From the IMG/VR virus record IMGVR_UViG_3300032030_000012, positions 50,756-114,755 of that record: a stretch of 64,000 bases of DNA; one strand, written 5' to 3'. This stretch comes from a virus (lineage: Duplodnaviria; Heunggongvirae; Uroviricota; Caudoviricetes). Shown one piece after another: positions 18,268 through 27,933 of the stretch. The position numbers and the translations under genes are program-made. The notes under the pieces are model-generated. The model was not told where the DNA came from. It searched no databases and saw only the letters and a program-made list of their open reading frames with translations. Numbering within the stretch: position 1 is the first letter of the stretch; every line of letters starts with the position of its first letter.

Positions 18268-18562
18268 ATTCCTTTTGTAATGCTTGAGCTATTTCATTTA
18301 ATTCTTTCAATATTATATTATATTGAGCTGTTCCTTTTCTCTCTACTATTTTAAATCCAGCAGGTTCATCTAAATCCATGAAATATAAATCAGGATCTCC
18401 ATATTGACATAAATAATAAGGACACTCATCTTCATATTGTTTCATATTTTCATCATCAGCATATTTACCTACAATCCAGTAATCACCAAAGAAGGGATTT
18501 ACAACTATATCTCCTACTTGATACTCTTTTTCTTCAGCATCTCTATATCCTGTTTCTTCCAT
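18221..18562 (-). CDS. hypothetical protein
   Basis: 113-aa ORF. Confidence 0.7.
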   Translation of the reverse strand: MEETGYRDAEEKEYQVGDIVVNPFFGDYWIVGKYADDENMKQYEDECPYYLCQYGDPDLYFMDLDEPAGFKIVERKGTAQYNIILKELNEIAQALQKEYGDEKDEKLDSTSEV

Positions 18563-18978
18563 TTTTTATCATTCCTTTTAGCAAAATGATTTCCACCTAA
18601 TTTCTGTTTTTCTTTATACTTAGATAATCTACGTATCATTTCTGCTTGATCATTAATAGTATAATTAGAACTGAATGATGGATCTAATATATCTAATAAT
18701 TCCTTATAATCCTGTTGAGCTCTTTCCCAGGCTTTAGTACTAATCTTATTATTTATAACAACTATAAAGCATAATATTAGACATATTATCATTTGAGCAT
18801 AAGCTATAATAGAAGCTATATCCCTAAATATAATTTGTAAAATTAATCCTATAATTATAAGTATTGTTTGTATTGTAATTATTACAATATCTAAAGGTAA
18901 ATAAGTATTTCTATGTTGTCTAAATACTATATCTGATATCTCCATATTTAATATAAATTTTTCATCGTCTCTTTCCAT
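18514..18978 (-). CDS. hypothetical membrane protein
   Basis: two hydrophobic helices. Confidence 0.65.
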   Translation of the reverse strand: MERDDEKFILNMEISDIVFRQHRNTYLPLDIVIITIQTILIIIGLILQIIFRDIASIIAYAQMIICLILCFIVVINNKISTKAWERAQQDYKELLDILDPSFSSNYTINDQAEMIRRLSKYKEKQKLGGNHFAKRNDKKWKKQDIEMLKKKSIK

Positions 18979-18991
18979 ATAAATATCTCCT

Positions 18992-19207
18992 TTATTTTAT
19001 AAAATTTGTTTCTAATAATCTATATAAACTATAATCTTCTCCAGCGTATCCTATTGTTACTTTTAATCTATCTTCTCTTTTTCCATAATCTAATAAAGCA
19101 ACTACTTTATCATCTTTTTCATCTAGTATAGTACATTCTACATAAGGAGGAAAATTATTATCAATAAATTGTCTTACCTTCTTAATACTCATTTTTTTGT
19201 AATTCAT
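18992..19207 (-). CDS. hypothetical protein
   Basis: 71-aa ORF. Confidence 0.6.
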   Translation of the reverse strand: MNYKKMSIKKVRQFIDNNFPPYVECTILDEKDDKVVALLDYGKREDRLKVTIGYAGEDYSLYRLLETNFIK

Positions 19208-19222
19208 TATATCAGATCCTTT

Positions 19223-19837
19223 CTAAATGCCATAATCTTTTAAACTAAACCTAGTTTTTATATTATGGTCATTACAATAATTAAATATAGCTTTTATCAT
19301 ATAACTCAAAGATTTCTCTCCTAAATTTTTAATTTTTCTTATTTCATAAGGCTCTTTATTAAAGAAATCTTGTAAAGTATATATACGAGATCTTAAAAAA
19401 GCATTATATGATCTAACTCCTAATATTTTCTCTCTACTAGTAGGTTTTAAATCATAAACTATTGTTCCTATTGTAGTGTTCCATCCCTCTTTATATTCTC
19501 TAGATGATATATTGAGTGGATTTTCCTCTATTAGCTTTCTAATTATTTCTTTTTCTTTATCAGTTAAAGGTTCATCTAAAGCTTCTATAGTATTATTAAT
19601 AGCATTATTCTGCCAAGTTATTTCTTCTCCTTCTAAATATTTATGTCTTACCATATATCTTTCTATTAGATCTTCAGGATACTCTCTTATTTCATTAAAA
19701 TATCTAACATATACTTCATGTCTTACTTCTCTATCTCTGGGACTAACTGATATATTTTTAGGATTTATCCAGCTTTTTACAACTACTCCTATTAAATTAT
19801 TCTCTACTACAACTATATCACCAAAACAAAATTTCAT
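19223..19837 (-). CDS. protein with C-terminal RNA polymerase alpha-CTD-like domain
   Basis: LGVRSYNAFLRSRIYTLQDF...IRKIKNLGEKS resembles alpha-CTD (LSVRSYNCLKRAGI...VRNLGRKS). Confidence 0.7.
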   Translation of the reverse strand: MKFCFGDIVVVENNLIGVVVKSWINPKNISVSPRDREVRHEVYVRYFNEIREYPEDLIERYMVRHKYLEGEEITWQNNAINNTIEALDEPLTDKEKEIIRKLIEENPLNISSREYKEGWNTTIGTIVYDLKPTSREKILGVRSYNAFLRSRIYTLQDFFNKEPYEIRKIKNLGEKSLSYMIKAIFNYCNDHNIKTRFSLKDYGI

Positions 19838-19840
19838 AAA

Positions 19841-20251
19841 TTATTCTTCGTCACTTCCTTCAATTCTTCCTAAAGTATTGACATAATAATCTCCATTGAC
19901 CCCTACAATATTATTGATAAGTAAATTATAAGCTTTACTCCAAGTACCAATTAATCTACCTTTTTCATTTCTATCAGGTAATCCTTCATCATCTAATCTT
20001 ATACATTCATCTGTACCAAATATATAAAGTATATTATCATATTTAACAATATGTTCAACTCTTTGAACTTGAACAGTATGATAATTTTTATTATTTGGTT
20101 CTTCAAGTAGGTTAATTACTGGTTTAAATAAATTATCCCAAATATTTTCATTATTTAAATATGTAATATCTATATATTCAGCTAACTTTTGCTTATTTCT
20201 TTCTCCTACATTTCTTAAAGTATTAAAAAAGCCATTATCTATCTCAATCAT
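19841..20251 (-). CDS. hypothetical protein
   Basis: 136-aa ORF. Confidence 0.7.
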   Translation of the reverse strand: MIEIDNGFFNTLRNVGERNKQKLAEYIDITYLNNENIWDNLFKPVINLLEEPNNKNYHTVQVQRVEHIVKYDNILYIFGTDECIRLDDEGLPDRNEKGRLIGTWSKAYNLLINNIVGVNGDYYVNTLGRIEGSDEE

Positions 20252-20253
20252 AT

Positions 20254-20946
20254 TTAATCATTTCCTTTCTTATTTAATACATTTTCAAAATCAATTTCCT
20301 TTTCTAAATCATAACCAAGTAATATAGCTTTCATTTTAATTTGATCTATACCTAATTCTTTTAAAGGTCCATTTAAAGTTTTTATAAATTGATTCTGAAT
20401 AGTTTCATCAAAACTATTTATATATTCTATAACTTCTTGTTTCTTTTTATTTAGTTGACTATTAATTCTATTTTGATGTATAGTCTTCTCTCCTTGTTCT
20501 TTAAGTCTTTCCATAGTCATAGGAGATCTTACATAATTTATATCATGTCCTTTTTTAAATCTAGTTTTCTTACCAGCTCTTTTTAATTGTTCATCCATCT
20601 TATACTCTAAAGCATAATCATGCATTTTCTTATTATATTCTTCTGATGTCATATTTATATTTCTATCTATACCAAATTTTTCACAATATTCTTTTTTAGT
20701 TAGATCATGTGAATACCATATATGTTGTTGCAATTTAGTATATGCTCTACCACATATATGACATATAGGCCATCCATATTGTTTTGATTTTTCATCATTA
20801 ACCCTAGCTAGTTCTCCAAATTGAGATGGATAATATGTATCATATCCATGCATGATAAAATACTGATAGCATGAAACACAATAGCCTTGTGATAAAGGTT
20901 TTTCTTGTATTTTACCACAAAACTTACATTTATTAACTTTACTCAT
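20254..20946 (-). CDS. zinc-finger protein with Ros/MucR-like domain
   Basis: CxxC..CxxC then CHICGRAYTKLQQHIWYSHDLTKKEYCEKFGI. Confidence 0.6.
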   Translation of the reverse strand: MSKVNKCKFCGKIQEKPLSQGYCVSCYQYFIMHGYDTYYPSQFGELARVNDEKSKQYGWPICHICGRAYTKLQQHIWYSHDLTKKEYCEKFGIDRNINMTSEEYNKKMHDYALEYKMDEQLKRAGKKTRFKKGHDINYVRSPMTMERLKEQGEKTIHQNRINSQLNKKKQEVIEYINSFDETIQNQFIKTLNGPLKELGIDQIKMKAILLGYDLEKEIDFENVLNKKGND

Positions 20947-21097
20947 CTTCTTCTCTCCTTATTTTCTCTTTCAAATCATACTGTTCTTTATAAAGTAAAT
21001 TATCTAATTGTTGCTGATATATTTTCCTCCATTGTTTTGTTAATTTAGGATCTGAAAGTATATTCTCTAATTCGAGAATTTGATCCATAATATCCAT
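20939..21097 (-). CDS. small hypothetical protein (52 aa, not in ORF track)
   Basis: manual translation MDIMDQILELENILSDP..., AAGAGG RBS. Confidence 0.55.
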   Translation of the reverse strand: MDIMDQILELENILSDPKLTKQWRKIYQQQLDNLLYKEQYDLKEKIRREEDE

Positions 21098-21140
21098 TTT
21101 AACCTCTTTTCATAATATATAAAATATTAATCCTGGTTCT

Positions 21141-21199
21141 ATTATATAATAAAAGTTCTCATAAATCCACCGTTTTGCCGTTTTTAAAAAATTAGAACG
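21141..21199 (-). promoter_or_regulatory. promoter with upstream CGTT...TTTTTAAAAACGG operator-like element
   Basis: CGTTCTAATTTTTTAAAAACGG, then TGGATT-N17-TATAAT. Confidence 0.55.
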
Positions 21200-21228
21200 T
21201 ATTTTAGGCAAAATAAAAAGAATGGCTC

Positions 21229-21447
21229 TCACCATTCTATATGTCTATTGTTAGTTACTTTATATAAAGGTTCTTTTGATAATTTAGAAGGATCTATAGG
21301 TGTAGGACTTAAATTCCCATTTACCATAACCCAGATATATTTATCTCCTATATCTAAAACCTTACATTTTAAACTAATGTTAGTCTGATAAGCTCCTTGA
21401 GTATTCCAGTATAAAATATCATCTATTTTAATATCTTCCTTATTCAT
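21229..21447 (-). CDS. hypothetical protein
   Basis: 72-aa ORF. Confidence 0.65.
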   Translation of the reverse strand: MNKEDIKIDDILYWNTQGAYQTNISLKCKVLDIGDKYIWVMVNGNLSPTPIDPSKLSKEPLYKVTNNRHIEW

Positions 21448-21658
21448 TTCTTAATACTCCTATATCAATATCATCATTTAAAAGTATGATAGTATTATCA
21501 GGTAATAATTCTTGTAAAGTTTCTTTAGCTCTTAATTTAGCATCAACTGATAAATCTTTAGGTATTTTAAATATAATAGTATCTGTCTTTTTTATATCTA
21601 AAAACAAAGAATCTATTTCTTTCTCATTTCCTTTATCATCTCTTATAAAGAATTTCAT
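21440..21658 (-). CDS. hypothetical protein
   Basis: 72-aa ORF. Confidence 0.65.
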   Translation of the reverse strand: MKFFIRDDKGNEKEIDSLFLDIKKTDTIIFKIPKDLSVDAKLRAKETLQELLPDNTIILLNDDIDIGVLRNE

Positions 21659-22140
21659 TAATCAATAACCTCCGTCATTTCTATTATAAGATCTTTAGTA
21701 TTATTTATAGCTTTTTCTAAAACTTCTGAATCTATTTTAATAGGATAAATATCTCCAGATCTAGCAAGTCCTGCACAAGAACAATCAATAACCATTTCTA
21801 ATACATCTAATAAATTAACATCCTCAGGTACTCTATCATTTAAATGATGTCTTTCTTGTAAATGTCTTTCTTTAAACCAAGGCATTTCTTTAAAGTTTTG
21901 TTTTTCATTTTTCAATTGTTCATTAAAATCTCTATGAAATTCATCTATATAATCTACTTTAGTATAATCATGTTTTAGTACTTGTTCTTTAAGCATATCA
22001 GCAAATTTATATCCTACTCTTTGAACATCTTCTATATGAGACATTGTATTATCTAATAATTGCTCTTTTGATACTTCTTTTTTATCTGTTGATCTAGTAT
22101 CAGCATCATGTGATCTTTTTATTTGAATTTTATCTTCCAT
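21658..22140 (-). CDS. HD-like putative phosphohydrolase
   Basis: HIEDV...HDYTK...HLQERHH...EMVID metal-binding pattern. Confidence 0.55.
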   Translation of the reverse strand: MEDKIQIKRSHDADTRSTDKKEVSKEQLLDNTMSHIEDVQRVGYKFADMLKEQVLKHDYTKVDYIDEFHRDFNEQLKNEKQNFKEMPWFKERHLQERHHLNDRVPEDVNLLDVLEMVIDCSCAGLARSGDIYPIKIDSEVLEKAINNTKDLIIEMTEVID

Positions 22141-22496
22141 TATTTATCACCTTTCTTTAACTTTTTAAAATCAATATCCATTTTATATATAATATATTTC
22201 AATATTAAATCAAAATTCATTTCTATTTGATACCATACATCTATTTTTTCAGGTTCAACTCTAGTATGTAATCCTGAGACCATTATTTCATATTCTGATC
22301 TACTCCAGAAGTCATGCATAAAATATGTTCTCATACTTTCTTTAAAAGTTTCATAATCATATAATTTTCTACTTTTTATTCTTTTAGCTATATCTTCAGC
22401 GGATCCATTCCAGAATATATCATAACTAGTAATCTTATCATTATTAAAATCGTGATTAAGTACTTTCCAGCTTAACTTAACATTCTTTATTTTCAC
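22140..22496 (-). CDS. hypothetical phage protein
   Basis: 118-aa ORF. Confidence 0.7.
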   Translation of the reverse strand: MKIKNVKLSWKVLNHDFNNDKITSYDIFWNGSAEDIAKRIKSRKLYDYETFKESMRTYFMHDFWSRSEYEIMVSGLHTRVEPEKIDVWYQIEMNFDLILKYIIYKMDIDFKKLKKGDK

Positions 22497-22662
22497 TTAG
22501 ATCTTTCCCTTCTATTAAATCTAATAAATACTTAGTAGATTCCAAATAATAATCTGGATCTATACTTCCTACTATATGTCTATTTCTTTTTAAGGTTTCA
22601 TAACATTCTTTAATTATATCTAAATTAAGTTCTATATTATTTACTTCATTATCTTTCTTCAT
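22477..22662 (-). CDS. hypothetical protein
   Basis: 61-aa ORF. Confidence 0.5.
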   Translation of the reverse strand: MKKDNEVNNIELNLDIIKECYETLKRNRHIVGSIDPDYYLESTKYLLDLIEGKDLSENKEC

Positions 22663-22795
22663 CTCTAGTAACCTCTCTAGTATTTTTAATAACTTTTTTA
22701 GTTTCTTCTACTAAATCTTTACTAGCTTGTATTTGTTCTTGAGTTCTTTGAATAAGATCCTTACTAGTTATTTTAATATAATCAAGATCACTCAT
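22649..22795 (-). CDS. small hypothetical protein (48 aa, not in ORF track)
   Basis: manual translation MSDLDYIKITSKDLIQRTQE... Confidence 0.5.
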   Translation of the reverse strand: MSDLDYIKITSKDLIQRTQEQIQASKDLVEETKKVIKNTREVTRDEER

Positions 22796-23039
22796 CTTTC
22801 TTCTCCTTATATTTTAAAATATATCCTATACCTTTACATTTAGGACATCTCATTCTTTCTTGAATAGACATACCATTTTTATAATCTCTACATTCACATT
22901 TTATCATTTCTTCTATATTAGTTAATATCATAAGTGTTTTTAATTGATCTTTAACTTCTTTATAATTTTGACATATATCATTGAGTATCTTTATATCATT
23001 TATCATATCATCTTCATCTTTTAAATCAAATCCAAACAT
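22788..23039 (-). CDS. small zinc-ribbon protein
   Basis: CxC...CPKCKGIGY. Confidence 0.6.
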   Translation of the reverse strand: MFGFDLKDEDDMINDIKILNDICQNYKEVKDQLKTLMILTNIEEMIKCECRDYKNGMSIQERMRCPKCKGIGYILKYKEKKDE

Positions 23040-24307
23040 TATTCTCTACCTCTATTCTTTGCTCTATTTATTATTTGCATTACTCTTGTTATATGTATAT
23101 CATTTATATTACCATCTATAATATCATCTTTTATACAATGTAAATAATTATCCATACACATTGCTAAGTCTTCAAAATCTTTTTCTATAAATCCTTTAGT
23201 TGTCATAGCAGGAGTACCTATTCTTAATCCTGAAGATTTAAGTGGAGGTAATTCATCATTGGGTATTTGATTTTTATTTACAGTAATATGAATTTTATCT
23301 AATCCTTCTTCAGCTTGTTTACCTGTTATTCCTAAAGTATTATATACATCTAATACAAACATGTGATTTTCTGTTCCATCAGATATTATTTTATAACCTA
23401 AAGCTTTAAATTTTTCAGCAAAAGCTTTAGCATTCTTAACTACTTGTTTTCCATATTCTTTAAATTCATCTGTCATAGCTTCCTCAAAACATATTCCTTT
23501 TGCAGCAATTATATGTTCTAAAGGTCCTCCTTGTATTCCAGGAAATACAGCTGGATTAATTCTTTTACATAAATTTTCATCATTCCAAAGTATAATTCCT
23601 CCTCTAGGTCCTCTTAATGTTTTATGAGTTGTACTAGTTACTACATCAAACCAAGGACAAGGATTTGGATGAACTCCTGCTGCAACTAATCCTGCAACAT
23701 GTGCCATATCACACATTGAATATATTTCATTCATTGTTTCTAATTTATATCTTTCTATAATTCCAGATATTTCTTCATAAGGTATTATTTGAGAATATGA
23801 ACTTGCTCCTACTATAACCATTTTAGGTTGATGTTTAAATAATTTCTTTTCAAAATCTACTAAATCTAATTTTCCATTTTCATCTACACCATAAGATATA
23901 ATGTTATAATCTTGACCTGAGAATGACATTTTATGACCATGTGTTAAATGACCTCCTGCTCCTAAATCCATTCCCATTACTGTATCACCTTTTTCAAGTA
24001 AAGCTCTATATACAGCTTGATTTGCAGAACTTCCACAATGTGGTTGAACATTTGCATATTTAACATTAAATAATTTACAGACATTATTAATAGCTTTTTG
24101 TTCTATCATATCTATGTATTCACAACCACCATAATATCTTTTTTCTGGATAACCTTCAGCATATTTATTTGTTAATATAGATCCTGCAGCTTTTAGTACT
24201 CTTTCACTTGGAAAGTTTTCTGAAGCTATTAGCTCTGCATTCTCATCTTGACGTTTCTGCTCCATTGCTATTATATCTTCAAAACTTATAGATTCTAAAT
24301 CTTTCAT
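23039..24307 (-). CDS. glyA: serine hydroxymethyltransferase
   Basis: ELIASEN, NKYAEGYPEKRYYGGCE, NVQPHCGS, GGHLTHG, DMAHVAGLVA, TTHKTLRGPRGG (PLP Lys), FPGIQGGP. Confidence 0.97.
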   Translation of the reverse strand: MKDLESISFEDIIAMEQKRQDENAELIASENFPSERVLKAAGSILTNKYAEGYPEKRYYGGCEYIDMIEQKAINNVCKLFNVKYANVQPHCGSSANQAVYRALLEKGDTVMGMDLGAGGHLTHGHKMSFSGQDYNIISYGVDENGKLDLVDFEKKLFKHQPKMVIVGASSYSQIIPYEEISGIIERYKLETMNEIYSMCDMAHVAGLVAAGVHPNPCPWFDVVTSTTHKTLRGPRGGIILWNDENLCKRINPAVFPGIQGGPLEHIIAAKGICFEEAMTDEFKEYGKQVVKNAKAFAEKFKALGYKIISDGTENHMFVLDVYNTLGITGKQAEEGLDKIHITVNKNQIPNDELPPLKSSGLRIGTPAMTTKGFIEKDFEDLAMCMDNYLHCIKDDIIDGNINDIHITRVMQIINRAKNRGRE

Positions 24308-24531
24308 ATATCACTATTCTCCTTTACAATTTTAAAAGTATAACCTGTTTTAGTTTTATCACAAGTTACTACATAATCATCATTAAATCTAGTTACAAAA
24401 CAATATTGTTTACCTTTTTTAGTTTGAGACACTAAACCTTCTCCAATTACTTTATATACTCTATATAAAGCTTCAGCATCTGTTAATGTATCTTTTTCAT
24501 AGTTATGTATTATTAATTTAGATTCTTCCAT
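24304..24531 (-). CDS. hypothetical protein
   Basis: 75-aa ORF. Confidence 0.65.
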   Translation of the reverse strand: MEESKLIIHNYEKDTLTDAEALYRVYKVIGEGLVSQTKKGKQYCFVTRFNDDYVVTCDKTKTGYTFKIVKENSDI

Positions 24532-24707
24532 TATTTAATACCTTCTCTTTCTCTAATAGCATCTAATCTAGCTAAGAATTCTATAGTTTCTTGTAAATTA
24601 CCTCCAGGTATTCCTCTATTTATATTATCATAGAATATTTTATCTTCATCTGAAAGAAAATCATATACTTCTTTTTTATGAAATATCTTTTTTAGAATTT
24701 TTAACAT
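24531..24707 (-). CDS. small hypothetical protein (58 aa, not in ORF track)
   Basis: manual translation MLKILKKIFHKKEVYDFL..., TAATG coupling to next gene. Confidence 0.55.
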   Translation of the reverse strand: MLKILKKIFHKKEVYDFLSDEDKIFYDNINRGIPGGNLQETIEFLARLDAIREREGIK

Positions 24708-25158
24708 TTTTATTTCTCCATTCTTTATTATATTGTTCTAAAAAGTTTAATAATTCTGATAAACATTTATCATCCCATATTGTATCTGAAGCAGGATAAA
24801 AACAAAATTTTCTCCAAGCTCCATACCATTTTATATCTCCTAAATAATACCCTTCATTGCTATGGATATGTAATATAGGAGTTTTCCTTCCTTCAACTAT
24901 TTCTTCAGAAACTAAAAAATATTTAGATTCAAATATTACTCTATTATAATCATATTTACTTTCCATATATCCTCCAAATGAACTTATTGAATCAATTAAA
25001 TTACATATTAAACACCCAATGAATCCTGATACCCATAACATTGTATCATTATATTCCCATTTTAGACTACTAGCTAAATTCATTGGTATAGTAAATGAAA
25101 ATATAATAACTATTAATTTTAAAACAATGTTATCAAAAAGATCAGGTCGTACTTTCAT
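24676..25158 (-). CDS. hypothetical protein (membrane N-terminus; internal RBS suggests second start at MESKY)
   Basis: 160-aa ORF, GGAGG before internal ATG. Confidence 0.6.
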   Translation of the reverse strand: MKVRPDLFDNIVLKLIVIIFSFTIPMNLASSLKWEYNDTMLWVSGFIGCLICNLIDSISSFGGYMESKYDYNRVIFESKYFLVSEEIVEGRKTPILHIHSNEGYYLGDIKWYGAWRKFCFYPASDTIWDDKCLSELLNFLEQYNKEWRNKNVKNSKKDIS

Positions 25159-26020
25159 TCTTTAATTTTTTAGGATTCCAATAGGCTGATCTAAATCCTC
25201 GAGCCATATCTATTAGATAGACATTATTAAGATCTCTATCATACATAAAATCAATTGACCAAATTCCTTCTAATCCTTCTATTTTTAAGGTATTAATGTT
25301 ATCTTCTATATATTTCATAACTTTATTTAATTCTTTTTTATGATCTGTTAATTCAATATTAGATTTATTATGGAATAATTGAAATAATAATTTATCATTT
25401 AATCTAGGTATTTTATCTTTACAATAATTATAATCCCAATAGTCTTCCATATATTCTATTTCTTTAGTATTCATATTATAAAAAACTCTAACTTCTGTTC
25501 TTAAAGGCATTCCATTATATATTGTTATAGTATGATCTAAATCACAAGGAATAAGTTCTCTAACAACAAGTTCAGTATATCCTCCAGTTTCATACATTGT
25601 TGATACATAATTTATTTCAAATAATCTTCTAGCTAAATCTTTTTTAGTGCATATACTTTTGTCGAAATCAAATTTATTAGAAAAACATCCATTTTTTATA
25701 CTATAATAAGTTCCAGCTTTCATCTTTTCAATTGTTGGCCATAGAATCTTTAACCATTCTTCCCAGTTTACATCATCTATTTTTTCAGTCTCTTGCATTT
25801 TGTGTACTTCTTCAAATGTAAATATTTGGTTAGCTATTATTTTAGCATGTTTAAAATTACCAAAATTTTTAATACAAGAATACCAATTAGAAAAGTTTTC
25901 AGCATAATTTCTATCATCCTCATAACATTTCTTTTCTAATTCAGCTAAATATTCAGGAGTATATTTATTTGTAAATAATTTCATTTTTTCTACTATATCT
26001 ATATTGTTCTCCATTTCCAT
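25142..26020 (-). CDS. ATP-grasp-like protein
   Basis: LVVRELI...EVRVFY...WSIDFM...VYLIDMA pattern. Confidence 0.55.
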   Translation of the reverse strand: MEMENNIDIVEKMKLFTNKYTPEYLAELEKKCYEDDRNYAENFSNWYSCIKNFGNFKHAKIIANQIFTFEEVHKMQETEKIDDVNWEEWLKILWPTIEKMKAGTYYSIKNGCFSNKFDFDKSICTKKDLARRLFEINYVSTMYETGGYTELVVRELIPCDLDHTITIYNGMPLRTEVRVFYNMNTKEIEYMEDYWDYNYCKDKIPRLNDKLLFQLFHNKSNIELTDHKKELNKVMKYIEDNINTLKIEGLEGIWSIDFMYDRDLNNVYLIDMARGFRSAYWNPKKLKNESTT

Positions 26021-26205
26021 TCTCCTCTTAATTCATGTTCATAATGAGTATATTCTCTATTACAATTAGGACATCTTAATACTATTTGAGGTGGATAACT
26101 TGTTAATCTAATTCCTGTATCTTGTAACATTACATTCTTACAATCATCACATTTTGGAACTTTATTTATATAATATTCTGGAAATACAAATTGTTTTTCT
26201 ATCAT
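25999..26205 (-). CDS. small zinc-ribbon protein
   Basis: CDDC...CPNC. Confidence 0.6.
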   Translation of the reverse strand: MIEKQFVFPEYYINKVPKCDDCKNVMLQDTGIRLTSYPPQIVLRCPNCNREYTHYEHELRGEWKWRTI

Positions 26206-26357
26206 TTAACTTTCCTCCAAATACCTTCTTTATCTTTTATAACTAATTTTCCACAATAAGGACACATAGCTTTTACTTTATCTTTATCATTAGAATCTAT
26301 TATCCAACAATCATTTGAATGTTTATTTAATAAATGACATTTAATTAATTGAAACAT
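26202..26357 (-). CDS. small zinc-ribbon protein (51 aa, not in ORF track)
   Basis: manual translation MFQLIKCHLLNKH...CPYCGK. Confidence 0.55.
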   Translation of the reverse strand: MFQLIKCHLLNKHSNDCWIIDSNDKDKVKAMCPYCGKLVIKDKEGIWRKVK

Positions 26358-26373
26358 AATTTATTTCCTCTTT

Positions 26374-26817
26374 TTAATTTTGTAGTAATTGTTTTGCAAT
26401 ATTTGATACCATTCTTCCGTCAACAGCATTACCATATTTCTCTTTAGTTAATCTAATTAACTTTCCTATTTCTTTTTGAGTTATTGATTCTTGCTCTATA
26501 ATTTCTTTCATAGCTATAGTTAAATCATATTCTGACATTTGTTGAGGTAAATATTTATCTAATACTGCTATCTCTTTTATAGTTCTATCTAAAAGATCTT
26601 TTCTTTGAGCTTTTTCAAATTGAGCCTGCGCTTCTATTCTTTTCTTTTTCTCTCTTACTATAATATCTTCTACTTCTTTATCTACTAAAGATTCTTGTTT
26701 ATCTTTCTCAGCATTCAATATCATAGCTCTAACATATTGTATAGTATTTTTAGCTATATCATCATTATTTTTCATAGCTGTTTTTAAATCTTCATATAAT
26801 CTATCTTTTAATGACAT
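26374..26817 (-). CDS. GatB/YqeY domain protein
   Basis: LKDRLYEDLKTAMK...REKKKR.EA..QFEKAQRKDL...EIAVLDKYLPQQMS...VDGRMVS. Confidence 0.9.
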   Translation of the reverse strand: MSLKDRLYEDLKTAMKNNDDIAKNTIQYVRAMILNAEKDKQESLVDKEVEDIIVREKKKRIEAQAQFEKAQRKDLLDRTIKEIAVLDKYLPQQMSEYDLTIAMKEIIEQESITQKEIGKLIRLTKEKYGNAVDGRMVSNIAKQLLQN

Positions 26818-26821
26818 TATA

Positions 26822-27376
26822 TTATTCCTCCTTTAAATTTCTATTAAGATAATAGTCATTTACAAAATCTTGATATAGTACTTGCATTTTATATTTTAAT
26901 TCTTGATCATTTAACCAATCTTCTATTCTTACTTTATATTGATTAGCATAAGATCTAAAATAAATACTTAAACATTGTTGAATTGCCATATCTCTAGATT
27001 TTCTAACTACATCTTCAGTTACTTTATTATCATGATCATTTCTATATAAAGAATCTATTAAGAATTTAAAATTATTCTTAAATAATTTTTCCTTCTCATC
27101 ATCTGTAAATTTACTTTCATATTCAGGTAATTGGACAATAAATGTATTTTCTCTTTCTTTATTAGTCTCAAAAGATATAGGGTTAAGATTATTTTTAGTA
27201 CAAAAATCTCTAATATTATCATATAAAGCTTTCATATCAACTTTAGGTTTTGTTTCACACTCAATAGTTATACCATCTAATTTAACTGTACTTTTTAATT
27301 CTTTTATTTCAGTTTTTAATTTTTTAACTATTAAATCTATATTAGTTAATTCTTGTTCTTTCTTTTTCCTAGCCAT
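26822..27376 (-). CDS. hypothetical protein
   Basis: 184-aa ORF. Confidence 0.75.
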   Translation of the reverse strand: MARKKKEQELTNIDLIVKKLKTEIKELKSTVKLDGITIECETKPKVDMKALYDNIRDFCTKNNLNPISFETNKERENTFIVQLPEYESKFTDDEKEKLFKNNFKFLIDSLYRNDHDNKVTEDVVRKSRDMAIQQCLSIYFRSYANQYKVRIEDWLNDQELKYKMQVLYQDFVNDYYLNRNLKEE

Positions 27377-27420
27377 ATTGTTACCTCCTTATATTTTATA
27401 ACAACTTATTTTTTGCAATA

Positions 27421-27460
27421 ATAAATGCTAGATATAGATTTTACTCATATATCTAGCATA
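27421..27460 (-). terminator. terminator-like hairpin
   Basis: ATGCTAGATAT/ATATCTAGCAT inverted repeat between genes. Confidence 0.5.
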
Positions 27461-27482
27461 AGGTTTAAATGATTGAATTTGC

Positions 27483-27899
27483 TTATTTTTTAGGTTGATT
27501 TTCTGGTTTTAAGAAATCAGGTAATTCTTCTTCCTTCTTCTCAACTTTTTTAGCAGGTGTTTTCTTTTTATTTGTTATCTCTTTTAACTTAGTTACTTCA
27601 TCTGCTGTTAATGTATCTTTATTCTCCTTAGATTCAGTTTTAACAGGTTTTTCTTCATTAGGTGTATCTTTTACTTGTGGTGTCGCAATAGCTTTTTTAA
27701 TCTCATTTAAAAGATTAACATAACCTGTATATTCACCTCTTATTTGTTCTCTAATTAAATTTTGTTGATCATAATCATTTTGCAATTTTTTACTTTGTTC
27801 AATTATATTTGATATATTCTCTTCTACTTGGTTAAATCTTTGTTTACAATCAGCCATTTTAGCTTCTAAAGATTTTATAACTTCGTTATTTCCTTCCAT
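27483..27899 (-). CDS. hypothetical coiled-coil protein
   Basis: 138-aa ORF. Confidence 0.75.
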   Translation of the reverse strand: MEGNNEVIKSLEAKMADCKQRFNQVEENISNIIEQSKKLQNDYDQQNLIREQIRGEYTGYVNLLNEIKKAIATPQVKDTPNEEKPVKTESKENKDTLTADEVTKLKEITNKKKTPAKKVEKKEEELPDFLKPENQPKK

Positions 27900-27933
27900 A
27901 AATAATCTACCTCCATTTTAATTTTATAATATT

